From contig OZ024749.1 of assembly GCA_964016885.1 (NCBI GenBank), forward strand, positions 1,116,001 to 1,180,000: a stretch of DNA of 64,000 nt, in the 5' to 3' direction. How positions within the stretch are numbered: the first letter of the stretch is position 1; each line of letters starts with the position of its first letter. Shown here in pieces: positions 11,897 to 25,392 of this stretch. A model generated the notes under the pieces. The model did no database searches. It saw only the letters and a list, made by a program, of their open reading frames with translations, and was not told where the DNA came from. This DNA is from Eledone cirrhosa (Eukaryota). The position numbers and the translations under genes were made by a program.

Positions 11897-12651
11897 AATG
11901 GTTGTCTACAAATGATAATATTAAGAAACCTATCAATAAATGTCAATCAGATTACAACAAATCTTGATTATGTTTCAATAATAATGATTTCTACTCTACA
12001 CACAATGCAACACTTTTCGGGGGAGGGGAATGTTGATTAAATCAACCCCAGTGTATTACTGGTACTTTATTTTATCTACCCCATAAGGATGAAAGGTGAA
12101 GGCAGCCACTGCAGGTTGTGCCTGGCAGAATTGGCAGAGATCATTAAATTATAATTGACTTCGGTGGGATTTGAATGTAGGGAGCAGGAATTAAATACCA
12201 CAAGGCATTTTATTTGGTACTAATGATTGTACAAATAATAATAATAATGGTTTCTAATTTAGGCACAAGACCAGTAACTTTTTTTCTTTTTTGAGAATGG
12301 AGGTCAATTATATGGACCCTAATATTTAACTGGTAGTTTATCAACCCTGGGAAGGGTGAAAGGTGAAGTTGACTAAGCCTATAACTGCGAGACATTTTGT
12401 CCAAAGCTGCAACTATTCCACCAATCCATACCTTTTAATTTAGGTACAACACCTACAAACCATGTAGGCATAACACTTTTGATAACAAACTACCTAAACC
12501 CTTCCCTAATTCTATGAAACAACACTTCCCATTTTAAAATGTTCCTCCCATATATAACCCCTCAAATATAAGCCAACCCACTCTGAGATACAGACAATAA
12601 ACCAAACCTAGTTTATAAGCTGAAGCAGGTAATTAACACATTATATTTAGA

Positions 12652-12811
12652 AAGGGTCGGACGCCATGCTTTCCAGCATAGTTACGTCCCTTTACGTTCT
12701 GAGTTCAAATCCTGCTGAGGTTAACTTTGCCTTTCATCCTTACGGGGTCGATAAAATAAAGTACCAGTAATGTACTGGTGAATTGCTGGCCTTGTGCCAA
12801 AAGTAGAAACA
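12652..12811 (+). mobile_element. Slightly 5'-truncated SINE family A with 12-bp TSD
   Basis: TSD attatatttaga at 12640-12651 and 12812-12823. Confidence 0.9.
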
Positions 12812-13215
12812 ATTATATTTAGATGGTGTAGTTTAGAAATTGTCATGAGTGGAGAATGTATTTATGAAGTTTTAATATTTTGATATTTAAAATGTTTTAA
12901 GTATTGTTTCACAACTACATTATGTAAGGAATTTCCAACCGTTTTCAAGGCTGTATCCATTCAATACACATTGAAAACAATAAGAAATACAAATTTCACA
13001 TTGAAAGTGAAAGTGATGTAATACTCAGCTTCAGAGCGAAAATATTTTAGCATTTCATTTATGTAGAATTTTTAAGTTGGTGAAAATTGGAAAAATATTG
13101 ACCCCGAGTACAACCCCCCCTCCCCAGTATACCATTGATTTTTTTTTTTTGTCACATATTTCTTGGCTTATATATGAGTTTATACAGTATAACTTTTTAT
13201 CCTAATTTTGTTTAA

Positions 13216-13436
13216 CCCTTTAGCATTTAAACCAGCTGTATCTGGCCACAATTCTGTAACCTCATTCTGTTCAAACCAGCTGTAACTGGCCACTCATACT
13301 TATGTTAAGATATTGTTCTCAAAATAAATAATATCAAAATCTCATAGATTCGATATTATGTGAGATAATTATGTCAGGTAAAGTTTTTTCTGCAAAAATA
13401 CAATAGTATATATAGAGTAATTTAAATGCTAAAGGG
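13216..13436. mobile_element. piggyBac-type MITE
   Basis: TTAA|CCCTTTAGCATTTAAA ... TTTAAATGCTAAAGGG|TTAA: 16-bp TIRs with a TTAA TSD. Confidence 0.9.
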
Positions 13437-13769
13437 TTAAGAATGTTTTGTGAAATAATGTTCTAAGCATCAGCTTATTAATGAAAAGGTTAGTTATCTC
13501 ATTAAAGTCTTCAAATTTTCAAAATTAATTGATACACATAGACAGTGTACTTCATTAGAAATACAGAAACAAAAGGTTAAGTTTTGATTCTCATTATTGG
13601 CTTCAAATAATGTACTTAACTATAACCCAATGTAGTCTTGGAGAAACCTTGTCTTATTATTGGCTTCAAATAATGTATGTAAGTATGCATATATGGTCCC
13701 ATAACCCCTAATAGAGTCATAGGGGCACCTTATTGACATATGGCATTTCTTGGGCATGTTAAGCCTGAC

Positions 13770-14316
13770 AGAACCCATCCCTCTCCAGACCACTGTACAG
13801 CCGGAACCCATCCCTCTCCAGACCACTGTACAGCCGGAACCCATCCCTCTCCAGACCACTGTACAGCCGGAACCCATCCCTCTCCAGACCACTGTACAGC
13901 CGGAACCCATCCCTCTCCAGACCTCTGTACAGCCGGAACCCATCCCTCTCCAGACCACTGTACAGCCGGAACCCATCCCTCTCCAGACCACTGTACAGCC
14001 AGAACCCATCCCTCTCCAGACCACTGTACAGCCGGAACCCATCCCTCTCCAGACCACTGTACAGCCGGAACCCATCCCTCTCCAGACCACTGTACAGCCG
14101 GAACCCATCCCTCTCCAGACCACTGTACAGCTGGAACCCATCCCTCTCCAGGCCTCTGTACAGCCGGCACCCATCCCTCTCCAGACCACTGTACAGCCGG
14201 CACCCATCCCTCTCCAGACCACTGTACAGCCGGAACCCATCCCTCTCCAGACCACTGTACAGCTGGAACCCATCCCTCTCCAGACCACTGTACAGCCGGA
14301 ACCCATCCCTCTCCAG
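13770..14316. repeat. 33-bp minisatellite (ggaacccatccctctccagaccactgtacagcc), about 16 copies, embedded in a SINE
   Basis: Tandem array. The flanks 13690-13770 and 14316-14481 align with the uninterrupted element at 52460-52770. Confidence 0.95.
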
Positions 14317-14689
14317 GTCTAAGTACATTAGATTTCTTCCAGAGAAAGATAGAAAGTGAGAGAGAGAGGAAATGTGAAACAGATATAGAGGAAGAATCAA
14401 CCCCAGTACTAGACTGGTACTTTTTTTATCGACCTCAAAAGGATAAAAGGCAAAGTTGACCTTGGCAGAATTTGAAGTCAGATAGTTGAAATCATCATCA
14501 GCATCGTTTAATGTCCATCTTCCACACTACATTCTATTCGAAGTTCTAATGACTCTGCCAATGTAGTTAGTCTTGTGGAAACCTAGTCTAAAAGTTTATT
14601 AATGAAAAAGTTATTTCATTAAATTCGTCCAAATTTTAAATTATATTAGAAACTAATTTAAACATATTTGCTGTCTATTTGGGTGATAG

Positions 14690-14860
14690 TTGGATAACGA
14701 AATGCCAGGAGTTGTCAGTGGAAGGAAGCTGCAGAAATGAAAGATGAAAGCATATATTGGCAGAAGTGGTGGAAGCTGATTTCAGGATATTGAACATCAC
14801 AAAAGAGATAATGAATGAAACAAAGGGAAAAACAAACACAAGACTGATGATGATCATCAT
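14690..14860 (+). mobile_element. Old, diverged RTE family 1-like 3' fragment
   Basis: Translates WITKCQELSVEGSCRNER*KHILAEVVEADFRILNITKEIM, compared with WVKKCQEMPVEARRSRGRPRKTWVEVVRADLRSLKLVEEM at 53388. Confidence 0.6.
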
Positions 14861-15494
14861 CTTCAACAACATATATACTTATATTCTAAATTGTTTTAGA
14901 TGAATCTATTTTAAATCTAATTCATTACCCCCACCACTCCCTCACAAAGCCTTTCTTTTTCTATGCTTAGACATTACCTTTAGTACTGTATTGAGCTAAT
15001 TAATATACAGTAATCCTCTTTAACTACAAAGTGCAGTTTCATCATTTATTTATCAACCAACAATACATTTACTAACTTTTGGCATAATTCACATTAGACT
15101 TCTAATTGCTTTCTATTTCAATTAAAATTTAGTTTACAAAATATTTAGTCACCATAGATGACATAAAAACAGGAGTCTGATTTTGTTCCACTACTACCTA
15201 GCTTATTCTCTTGTTGTCTTAAACAGAATAACAGAATGTTTTACTATTTTGGTTTAACTCTTCATCTTTCCATTACCATATAAAATATACTATTTGATTT
15301 TTCAAATAGTCAAGTATTTGGAGGGATTTAATAATAGAAATAAATGTAGAAAATAGTGTTTTATATGAAAGTGACCACAATGTGTATTGGTCAGTAAATG
15401 TTAAAAATATGATAACAATGATGTTAGGGTGTTACCTTGCAATCCTTATATTTCAGGATAAAATCCCTTTATCAAAAAATAATAGAAGAAACTT

Positions 15495-16143
15495 GTTCGG
15501 AGTTGTATATTTTTTATTGCTATTAAGCTTAATCTTTTAACAAAGTTAAATATAAGGACTTATAAAGAGCTGCAAAGTAACAAGGAGTCACAGGTAGACA
15601 GATAGATAGAGGTGGGTAAATTTCAGAGTCGTTAGAACAGTCTGTCCTTCACATTCTAACAGAGAAAAACTTTATAACAGTGGTAGTGATCCCCTGAAAA
15701 TGTCTTCTTTCATTCCACTTCAGTTATTACAGTCTCAATGGTTCCATTACATCCGGTCAACACTAATTATGTCCTCAAGCCAGCAGAACTTCCAGTTTGA
15801 GAAGTGTATAAGACTTCAGTTTAAGAATGCTTGGTTAAGTATTTGTTAACGTACTTATTTTACAACTAGATGAAGTGTAGGTTTTTCAGACATCGGGTTC
15901 TCTGAGCTTTCTAGGAGAGCAGTATCTCGGAATAAGAACTGACTCATATTAGAATAATTTATCCAACCGATGCTAACATATTTTCAGACATGAAGTCACT
16001 AAGAGGGCAGTAATTCCGATGAGTGATGACCCCTCCGACCCATGCTAGCAGAAATAAAATGGTGACACAGCAAAACACAGAAAATAAATAAACCCGAGGA
16101 AGTTTGACTGTTTGACCACAACGTTAGTGTACTGGGATAAAAC
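15495..16143 (-). other. Candidate 3'-terminal exon or 3' UTR of an unidentified host transcript
   Basis: Minus-strand acceptor ctagtccctgtttcag|G at 16143, about 650 bp of non-repetitive sequence, then AATAAA at 15518-15513 followed by a T-rich tract. No recognisable protein. Confidence 0.3.
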
Positions 16144-16711
16144 CTGAAACAGGGACTAGAGATTATAGCCATAAAACAATAACTTGACCAGCTTTATCTT
16201 TTTTACACATACATGCACACAAACATATACACAGGCATATCATACACATATATATACAAACATACACACACATACACAAACATGTACACACTCGCATATC
16301 ATACACACACAAACATGTACACACTCGCATATCACACACATATACAAACATACACACACATACATGTACACAGGCATATTATACACACATTCAAACATAC
16401 ATACACACACAAACATGTACACAGGCATATCATACACATTCAAACATACATATATATGCACAAACACACCGAGCCACACATCACACACACACAATTTATT
16501 TAATAAGATATATTTTTACCTACCTCTGCATTGTTCAACAGCTTAACATATAAATATAATAGTTTAACTTACCTGCAAAAAAAAGAAAAAGAAATATAAA
16601 ACAAACAGTAAAAATAGTGAAAACATAAAAATATATAATTTTAACCATTTTTCCAATAAAAAACACTGAAAATATTCAAGAAATTGTAGGGATTCAGCAA
16701 TATAACCTTTT

Positions 16712-17127
16712 CTGAGGTCCCCTTCGGTCATGAATGACCAAGAAAGTTCCCCTCCAAGGCACAAGTCCAGGCACGGTTGTTTGTGGAAGACCAGCAGTTG
16801 TCCATGCATACCAGTCTCCCCTCTCCATGCCACCGATGTTGTCCAAGGGAAAGACGATGGCCAATACAGCTTGGCACCAGTGACGTTGCAACCCATATAT
16901 ACACTATACATACACAATATATATACATTATATACACATTATGTAAAGCATATATACACTATATATGATGTGGTCTAAGGGAAAAGCAAAGGCCAATACA
17001 GCTTGGCACCAGTGATGTCGAAACATATTTTTAGAGCTGTGTAAACTGGAGCAATGTGAAATAAAGCGTCTTGCTCAAGAACACAACGCGAAGCTCGGTC
17101 TGAGAATCGATCTCACAACCTCCCGGA
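16712..17127 (-). mobile_element. SINE family C (family B head and core, different body) with internal duplication
   Basis: Core ctggagcaatgtgaaataaagcgtcttgctcaag is present; ggccaatacagcttggcaccagtga occurs twice. A homologue lies at about 56690-56960. Confidence 0.7.
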
Positions 17128-17289
17128 CAGTATAATCAATGTTCCAACAATGAAAGTGATGCTTGGAACGTAACACAACAAAGGATCACTGAAAACATGT
17201 TAATGGAAGTGGTTTTTAGATAAACAATTCCACATCACAGTCATTAGCAGTTTCAGGTATTTGGTAACAGAAGGGAAGGGGCAAAAACT

Positions 17290-17892
17290 ATAATTTTTAC
17301 TGCTAGATGCCCTCCCAACACCAACCACACTTATAGTGTGGAACTGATGGCACCATTATGGTTTGGCCAGTTGGCTATACCATACCCTTCTCACATTGGA
17401 ACCATAATTTGAGAACTGGGTGGTACCATTATAATGGAGGTCAGGCCAGTTGGCCACACCAAGCCTAACTCATAGTGGAGCTGTGTTACTGGGCGGTCCT
17501 GTTATGAGCCAAATCTGGCTAGTTGGCCATGACATGCCTTGCTCATAGTGGGGCTGTATTTGGGCTGAGTTTTTATGGCTGCTGGATGCCCTTCTTACTG
17601 CTAACCACACTGGGTGACGTCATTGTGAGACAAATCTGGCCAGTTGATTGCATTGCACCTTGTTCAAAAAGGACTGTAATTTGACTGCGGCTTTTACAGC
17701 TGGATGCCCTTCCTAACACCGACCACATTTACAGTGTGGAACTGGGTGGCACTGTTATGAGAAGGGTCTGGTCAATTGGTATGCTTAACCTAATTCTCTG
17801 GAAGATTAAGCATGACAGTCTGACAAGGCATGCCTTTTGAATCACAAGCACAACTCAATTTTGTCAGTTGATTGAATTGGAGCAATGTGAAA
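17290..17892 (-). mobile_element. Cluster of diverged SINE B-like fragments
   Basis: Three repeats of gctggatgcccttcctaacacc-like motifs plus a core fragment. Confidence 0.55.
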
Positions 17893-18265
17893 AGGCTAGA
17901 AAACTTTGAGCTATATATAAACTCTGTGAGACGGTTGAAAACTCAGATTCACAAGAGAAACCATATGAACCAGCATGATAATATTTGTGTAGACAGGAAA
18001 GCATGACTACAGTTTAGTAGTTTTTTTTTGTTTGTTTGTTTTTTTGCTTGTCTGTTAATTTTTTTTTTTTTTTTAAAGTATTAAATAGGTTTATTTATAA
18101 TAGTTTATAACTTTGCCTATTAATCTGTATGGTTTTCTCAATTTTCTTAATATTTCTATATTTTTTTTATTGAAATGTGACAGAAAGACATTTTCAAGTG
18201 TGTGGATTACGATTATGTGAATGAAATTTTAAAAAATAAAAGAAAACAATTTTTGCCAATTCTGA

Positions 18266-18683
18266 GTTGTAAACTATGACATGTTGTAAACTATGACATG
18301 TTCCAGTTGTAAACTATGACATGTTGTAAACTATGACATGTTCCAGCTGTAAACTATGACATGTTCCAGCTGTAAACTATGACATGTTGTAAACTATGAC
18401 ATGTTCCAGTTGTAAACTATGACATGTTGTAAACTATGACATGTTCCAGTTGTAAACTATGACATGTTGTAAACTATGACATGTTCCAGTTGTAAACTAT
18501 GACATGTTGTAAACTATGACATGTTCCAGTTGTAAACTATGACATGTTCCAGTTGTAAACTATGAGATGTTCCAGTTGTAAACTATGGCATGTTCCAGTT
18601 GTAAACTATGGCATGTTCCAGTTGTAAACTATGGCATGTTCCAGCTGTAAACTATGACATGTTCCAGCTGTAAACTATGACAT
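18266..18683. repeat. Minisatellite of 23-bp (ttccagttgtaaactatgacatg) and 17-bp (ttgtaaactatgacatg) units, partly alternating as a 40-bp dimer
   Basis: Directly visible. Confidence 0.95.
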
Positions 18684-18799
18684 TAGGGTGAAACGATTGC
18701 CAGTTTACAGTCACCTACTGCAAATACAGGCTGAACATTTTTTTCAAAATTAAAGCATTAATGAACAGAGGTATACAATAATGAAAGTACTTTTTAAAA

Positions 18800-19050
18800 C
18801 AGGGGTCCCAACCTTTTGGGTCTACGGGCCGGATGCACAATTAATACTACTTATATACAAATAAGTAATCATTTATTTATCCCTTATGTTAGATTTGAAA
18901 CAAAATTCAATATTGATACTTAGAGCTGTCCCAAGCAGAAAAATACATTTAAAATTTGTTTTATTAGGCAATATTGATAGATCGGGTGCAAATTTATTGC
19001 AAACTGTACCCTTTTTAGAACCTTCGTGGGCCGGAAGTTGGGGGCCCCTG
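18800..19050. mobile_element. hAT (Charlie-like) MITE
   Basis: Termini CAGGGGTCCCAAC ... GTTGGGGGCCCCTG, subterminal gggccgga at both ends, and an 8-bp TSD ttttaaaa at 18792-18799 and 19051-19058. Confidence 0.85.
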
Positions 19051-21114
19051 TTTTAAAACATTAAATTATGTTATTTTTTAAAATTCTATCAACATAATTG
19101 TAATCAACAGAGAACAGAGTAGAATGTATATATTTACAGAAAATTATGACAAAAGGTTTTTATATAAATATAAACACTTTAAAATAAAACATTTTTGAAT
19201 GATAGAACCAGAAATAGTTACAGGCAGTTTTTGTATGAAAAGGGTCAAGTAGGTGTTTGTAATATAATGAAGGTTTTTATATAAATATAAACAATTGAAA
19301 ATAAAGTTTTGAATCATAGAACCAGACAAAGTTTCAGGTGGTTAAAACGGGAGCCATGTGATTGGAAAGCATATGTTTTAGCCACACAGAGGGTTAAAAG
19401 ATACCACACTGCTATACCTGCATCCATTTAAATTAATAAAAAGAATGTGATAAGGTTGTAAAAACCATGTATAATACTGGTAAGACATGCTCCTCCTCAC
19501 CACAGGAGGACAGAAGTTCTGATTAAGTATTGACTTAATTGTCTAACCCCAACATAGAACATACCTCCAATGTTTTTGTGATAATGATATAATTATAATT
19601 TGTAAGAAACATAATACCTTCATGACACTATTTGATTTAGTTTCAATTTCAGAAGACAATGAAACCAAAAGATGATTCTTACATAATTAACCTCTCCTCA
19701 ACAATACAATGTGGAAACATTGTTTGATAAATTCACTATATTATTGTATTCTATCATCTAATTAAGATGTCTTTATGGATGTGTGGGTATGTCAGCATGT
19801 ATCTATATGTGTGGCTATATATATCACTATTTATTTGTGTGTTTATGTATTTGTTTTTTATTTTTTATTTTTAAAACACTGTAAGAGAAAATATTATAGA
19901 TTCTACAAAAAACAAAATGAAAGGTTTTGTAAAAATATGTGTTGGTGTGTATTTATGTGTTTTTATATTTGGGTTAACTGTGATATATTTCTGAACAAAA
20001 AAGTCTCCTAGTACACTGTGAAGATAATCACTTATTGGCAGAAACCTAGAGTAGAAATGTTTGACTGAAAAAACAACAAAGAACAACGGGGGTTACTGCT
20101 CTCCTAAACAGGTTGCCTTCAATTGTTTAATTCGCATTTTCCTCTTCAATTATTGATAACATTTAGAAATTTAGCAGCTGAGGAATAATAAAAAAACAAA
20201 AACAATATTAATTTTGAAAATAATGAATGTAAAAGAAAACATTGTTGAAACTAATAAAACAATACAAAAATGTCTTAGTTATGTGTGTAGATGTGTGCTT
20301 AGTTATGTGTGTAAATGTGTATCTGTGATGTGTCTCACAGAAGTCTCCTAGTATGTTGAGAAGATTAGTTCTTAGGAGCAAAAGACTAGAATAGATTTTT
20401 TTTAAAAAAATAACATAGGAAATATTTGACTTATAAAACAACAAAAGAGCAGAGAACTGCTGAAGAGATACAATAAATAATGGATGGTATAGAATAGAGT
20501 CAATTATTTTAAAGCAGACTTTGAAAGACAATAACATTACTAAGAGAAAAAAATGCCTTTTTTCTCTTTCTAGACATGATAAATAAATAAACTAGCTTTC
20601 TTTTCAGATATCAAAACAAAACCTTGATCAAATTCAATTTCCTAATTATTATTTTTAAAAGATTATCTTAAACAATGAATTAAACATACAAGGTTATTTT
20701 GAACAATATTCACAAGAAAGGAAAAAAATATTGAGATTTCTTCATCAATCATGATTTTATATTGCCAAAATAAAAATAAATATGTATGTGTACATGTGCT
20801 CATATGTGTATTTGAGCTTGTATGTGTGCACATGTATGTTTTATGTTGATAGCCAAACATCTTTAGGTGTCTTACTACTTTTAAGTAAGAACATCAATCT
20901 TGTCCATAATTAATGATCATTACTGAAAGTTATTTAAATGATTTTAAAAAAATTATATCAAATAGCTTGACTGTCAAAGCACACATTAATACCATATATA
21001 GAAGTCAAATTTCCATCAAACCATACCCTGCTGTCTTAAAAGAAGGAAGGACACACTGAATAATGTAGTCTAAGAGAAGATGATCACATTTAAAAAGCTT
21101 TGATCAAATATCTA

Positions 21115-21325
21115 CTTGATCTGTGGTTTGCTTGATCTGAGATGGCTTGGATCAGAGGTGTGTTTGATCTGAACTGACTTGGATCAGAGGTGTGTTTGAT
21201 CTGAGCTGGCTTGGATCAGAGGTCTGCTTGATCTGAGTTGGCTTGGATCAGAGGTTTGCTTGATCAGAGGTCTGCTTAATCAGAGGCTTGCATGGATCTG
21301 AGGTCTCCTTGATCAGAGCTGACTT
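21115..21325. repeat. Degenerate ~32-bp GATC-rich tandem repeat (ttggatcagaggtgtgtttgatctgagctggc)
   Basis: About 6 diverged units. Confidence 0.8.
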
Positions 21326-22850
21326 TGAGATCAACAACACGAGCTATGTTTAACTATGTCCTATACCACAGGAAAATACATCAGCAAGACTTTCTAGTTT
21401 ACTGAAAATTTTCAGAGCTATTTGTCCTCAAGTAAATATACTAAAATCATTTGAATTAATAACCTCATTTTTCAGACAGTTTCTGCTAAATCATAACAGG
21501 CTGAGAGTTGAATATTTCTAGCTTGACAACGAGCAACAATTAATGAAGAAGACAAGATATTAATTAAAATTTAAAACAAAATAAAAAAAAATGTGGGTTA
21601 AATTGTCATAAAAAAATCATGAACATTTTATGTCCACTTTTTATGCTGGTATGAGTTGGTTGGGTTGTCAGTGTACAACAGCTCATCTTGCTTATACATT
21701 TCATATTTAGGCATGGTTTTTACAGCTAGATGTGCTTCCTAATACCAATAACTTTACAGATTGTACTGGGGTAGGTTTTTTTATCATGACACCAAAACTA
21801 CTGCTTTACAGAATGCGTAATAGGTGCATTTTCCCATGCACCAGCACTACCAGATTAGAGAGTTTACTGGGTGCATTTTATTATGGTACTAGTACTAAAA
21901 AGGATATCATATGTTCAGCCAGACTGAAGAGTCCTCTCGACCCTATTTGATCAATATGTTATTATAACTACTACTATGCTAGGTATATTATCAAACATTG
22001 ATTTATATATGTAGGTAAAGCAATTTAAAGTAATTTATATTGATTAAATGTTTACATAAATTGTTCCAATAATCGTCAGAGATATCCAGAAAGGTTTTGA
22101 TCCATATATTATGAAAAGCATCAAATTATTGGACACAAATGATCGGAGAACTTCCAAGCAATATATCATCTAACAGAAAACGGAAATTCTCCAGGAAGTA
22201 ATTTCAGTATATTATATTGAACCCTGCAGCTGGGTAAGTTGGTGGAAAGCCAAATAAATAAAATAAAGAAATTACTAGATTTATCTTTTGTGGGTGAGGG
22301 AGAAATAATGGAATCATTATTGGTGGTCATAATATGATGTTTAACAGTGAAACCATATTTATGATAATGGTTTAAGTAGGAGGAGAGTGTAGTATTAATC
22401 TAGGAACTGAAGTAAAAGAGATGGGATCAAGTACAGTGGGTTGCTGGTTATCAAACCATCAGCTGAATACAACATTATTAGTATTAGAAACCCATTACAT
22501 GGATCTACATATTTCAAAGATCCTACAATCATAATAAATACATTAACAAAAATAAACAAATAACGAAAGCAATTGATATATATGTGTGTGTGTATACATG
22601 AAGATGTGTGTGTGTGTGTGTGTGTGTGTGCATGAACACTGGTGTGTGTGTCTATATCATTCAAATAATGTGGTTTAAAATATGAAAGAAAAACACTACA
22701 AAATCTTATGCACAAATCTCAAGGGCGTTGATGTACTCAATATATGCAAAAAGAACAAAAATTCTCATTGAATTAAAATTTCCCATTAGTTAAAGAAAAC
22801 CAAAATCTTGTAGTGATCAATAATGACTGAGAAAAGGAGAGATAATTTAA

Positions 22851-23070
22851 TCCTTTAGCATTTAAATCGGCCGTATCTGGCCAGGATTCTCTTACCTCCT
22901 TTTTTTTCAAACCAGCTGTAACCAGCCGCTCATACTGATGTTACGGTATTGTTTGCAAAATAAATAATATCAAAATCTCAGATTTGATACTATGTGAAAT
23001 AATTATGTAAAATAAAGCCTTTTCCATGAAAATATAATAGTAAATATAGAATAATGTAAATGTTAAAGGG
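22851..23070. mobile_element. piggyBac-type MITE, diverged copy
   Basis: ttaa|tcctttagcatttaaa ... taaatgttaaaggg|ttta; the internal sequence matches 13216-13436. Confidence 0.8.
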
Positions 23071-23124
23071 TTTAAAGTGATTAAGAATTACTCTTCTTTG
23101 CTCCTGGGAGGGAGGTGGGGGAAG

Positions 23125-23380
23125 AGTCCTCAAGCAGGCTTTCTAGTGAGTCCTGCCAGAAGCAACTGCTTCCAGTTGATCTGGCTGGATCCCCAAGCAT
23201 GACCAGCTGAGCTCTTGGATGTCATCCATCCATCTTGCTTGGGATTATCCTTGGGGTTTTGGCTGTAAAATCTGCCATGAGGTGCATCTGGGAGTGATAA
23301 CTTGGAGGCTTGTGACACACTACCCAGTGGGTCACACAGCTCCAGATATTGAAGTTTTTGTTGAGACACTGGCCTGATGA
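23125..23380 (-). mobile_element. Old RTE 3' fragment, Expander/Rex3-like (family 4)
   Basis: Homologous to 42795-42980 and 43110-43345, including ctggatccccaagca..accag. Confidence 0.55.
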
Positions 23381-23574
23381 GCACAACGGGGTGGTGGTTA
23401 TATTGACCACAGTATTTGACTGGTATTGAAGGATGGCAGGCACCTTTATCATTGGCAGGATTTGAACTCAGAACACAGACAGTCGGAAAGAATAGCACAA
23501 AGCATCCAATCCCACATTCTAATGACTGCCAACTTACTGCCTATATTATATGGTAATGATATTAATAACTCTTA

Positions 23575-23912
23575 CCACCACCACCACCATCACCACCACT
23601 GCCACCACCATTATCACCACCACCGCTACCACCATCACTGCCACCACCACCACCACCACCACTATAACCACTGCCACCACCACCACTATCACCGCCACCA
23701 CCACCACTATCACCACTACCACCACCGCCACTACCACTACCACCACCACCACATGACTTACACAGCAAGACACTTCCATCATAGGGTATCCATTGGAGAT
23801 CATGGTCATTCTAGCATCTTCTGACATCCTTTTCCTTTGCTAGTAGTAGCAGTGGTGGTGGTAGTAGTAGTAGCAACAGTGGTGGTAGTAGTAATAGTAG
23901 TGGTAGTAGTGG
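23575..23912. repeat. (CAC/CCA)n triplet tract followed by an opposite-sense (TAG/TGG)n tract
   Basis: Directly visible. The poly-His, poly-Thr and poly-Val ORFs are artefacts. Confidence 0.9.
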
Positions 23913-24293
23913 TTCTAAGCTATATCAAATGTAATGTCTGGGTTTGAAGATAGAAACAGTGAAATATCCATCAAAAATAGAAATATGTAATTTGAAAATT
24001 TTGGTTGAGGTGTGGTGGGAGGATATCAACAAATGTCTGCTAGTCTATTTACATCTCTTGCTATGATAGACTATACTTTGATGGCTAGTCTAATTTGTGT
24101 TTTTGTTTAGTTTTGTTGATTCTCTGACTCCACCAAACCATGTATTGATGTAGCTACTCAGTTACAGGACATAAGCTGAGAAATATGTAACAAACAAACA
24201 AAAAAATGGGGTTGCCTTATGTTTAAGGTTTTGTTGATTTTTACCAATTTCATAATGAGGGCTTCATATATTTTCACTTTGGGAGAGAGATGG

Positions 24294-24378
24294 GGTGAAT
24301 ATTACACCAGTTTCACTTTGGAGGTGAATATTACACCAGTTTCACTTTGGAGGTGAATATTACACCAGTTTCACTTTT
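24294..24378. repeat. 29-bp unit x3 (ggtgaatattacaccagtttcactttgga)
   Basis: Directly visible. Confidence 0.9.
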
Positions 24379-24411
24379 GACAGGAAATTCATATTTCCTA
24401 TCTATCTATCT

Positions 24412-24788
24412 ATCATTTTACATCCGCTTTTCCCTGCTTGCAAGAGTGGGACGGGAACTGATTCTGGCTTGATTTCTACAGCTGGATGCCCTTCCTAACA
24501 CCAACCTCATTTACAGTGAGTGCTGGGTGCTTTTTTTCCGTGGCACCTCCACGACCACTTTACAGTGTGGGCTAGGTGCTTTTTTGCCGTGGCACCTCCT
24601 CGACCACTTTACAGTGGAATGATAGGGACACCAGTCCCTATCATCTCATTTCTACAGCTGAGTGAACTGGACCAATGTGAAATAAAGTGTCTTACTCAAG
24701 GAAACAACACATCACCCAGTCTGAGAATTGAACTCACAACCTTTCGATTGCAAGCCCAATGCTCTAACCACTAAGCCATGTGCCTCCA
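24412..24788 (-). mobile_element. SINE family B
   Basis: Near-identical to 8578-8968. Confidence 0.92.
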
Positions 24789-25392
24789 TTTTTTTTAATG
24801 TTTTCAATGAATATGGCCTTTAAAACTGTTGGGAATTGGTAAAAATGTGTTACATAATGAAGTTGTGAAACAAAAACTATTCTAAACGACACTTAAAACA
24901 TTTTAAATATGAAAATATTAAAACTTTATAAATATATTCTCCACTCATGCCAATTTCTAAACCACACTATCTAAACATAATGTATTGATTATCTGTCTTT
25001 GTTTATAAATGGGGTCAGGAGTTTTGCCTATTTCTCAGACATAAAATAAGGGTCTGTTTCAGGGGTGAAGGGTGCGTACATGCAACGTATGCAGTGCATG
25101 CATTATAGAATCTTGAGTTGATCAATTGCGTCGGTTGAAGCAAGCAGAATTTTGGCTGCTTACTAAATTGTAGACACATAAAAAGATAACACACACAGAC
25201 TAGATAACACTACATGTGGCTTTGACCGGGAGGGTCATTTAGAGGGAATTGGGTTTGGTAAGGCTGCACAGCCTCACTTTTCTGCCATGGCGATTGGATT
25301 GCATGCCCTGCTTTCCAGGTTACCCTTCGCCACTGGTCTGTTTATATTTGACTATATATGGAAATTTATGAGTTTACTCAAGAACAAGTTAA

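Noticed and set aside
13620-14459. Long ORFs in five frames (mucin-like PEPIPLQTTVQ and others)
   Set aside because: A stop-free 33-bp unit inside a SINE explains them; there is no coding asymmetry.
18266-18683. Common origin or shared binding motif (ttgtaaa) with the arrays at 1-3683 and 44583-45659
   Set aside because: A 7-8 bp AT-rich match is not significant and the units do not otherwise align.
22165-22240. 57-nt plus-strand exon (ctaacag|...ctgg|gtaagt)
   Set aside because: Weak polypyrimidine tract and an unrecognisable peptide (KTEILQEVISVYYIEPCSW).
23426-23827. His-rich or Gly-rich protein
   Set aside because: It is a triplet microsatellite open in most frames.
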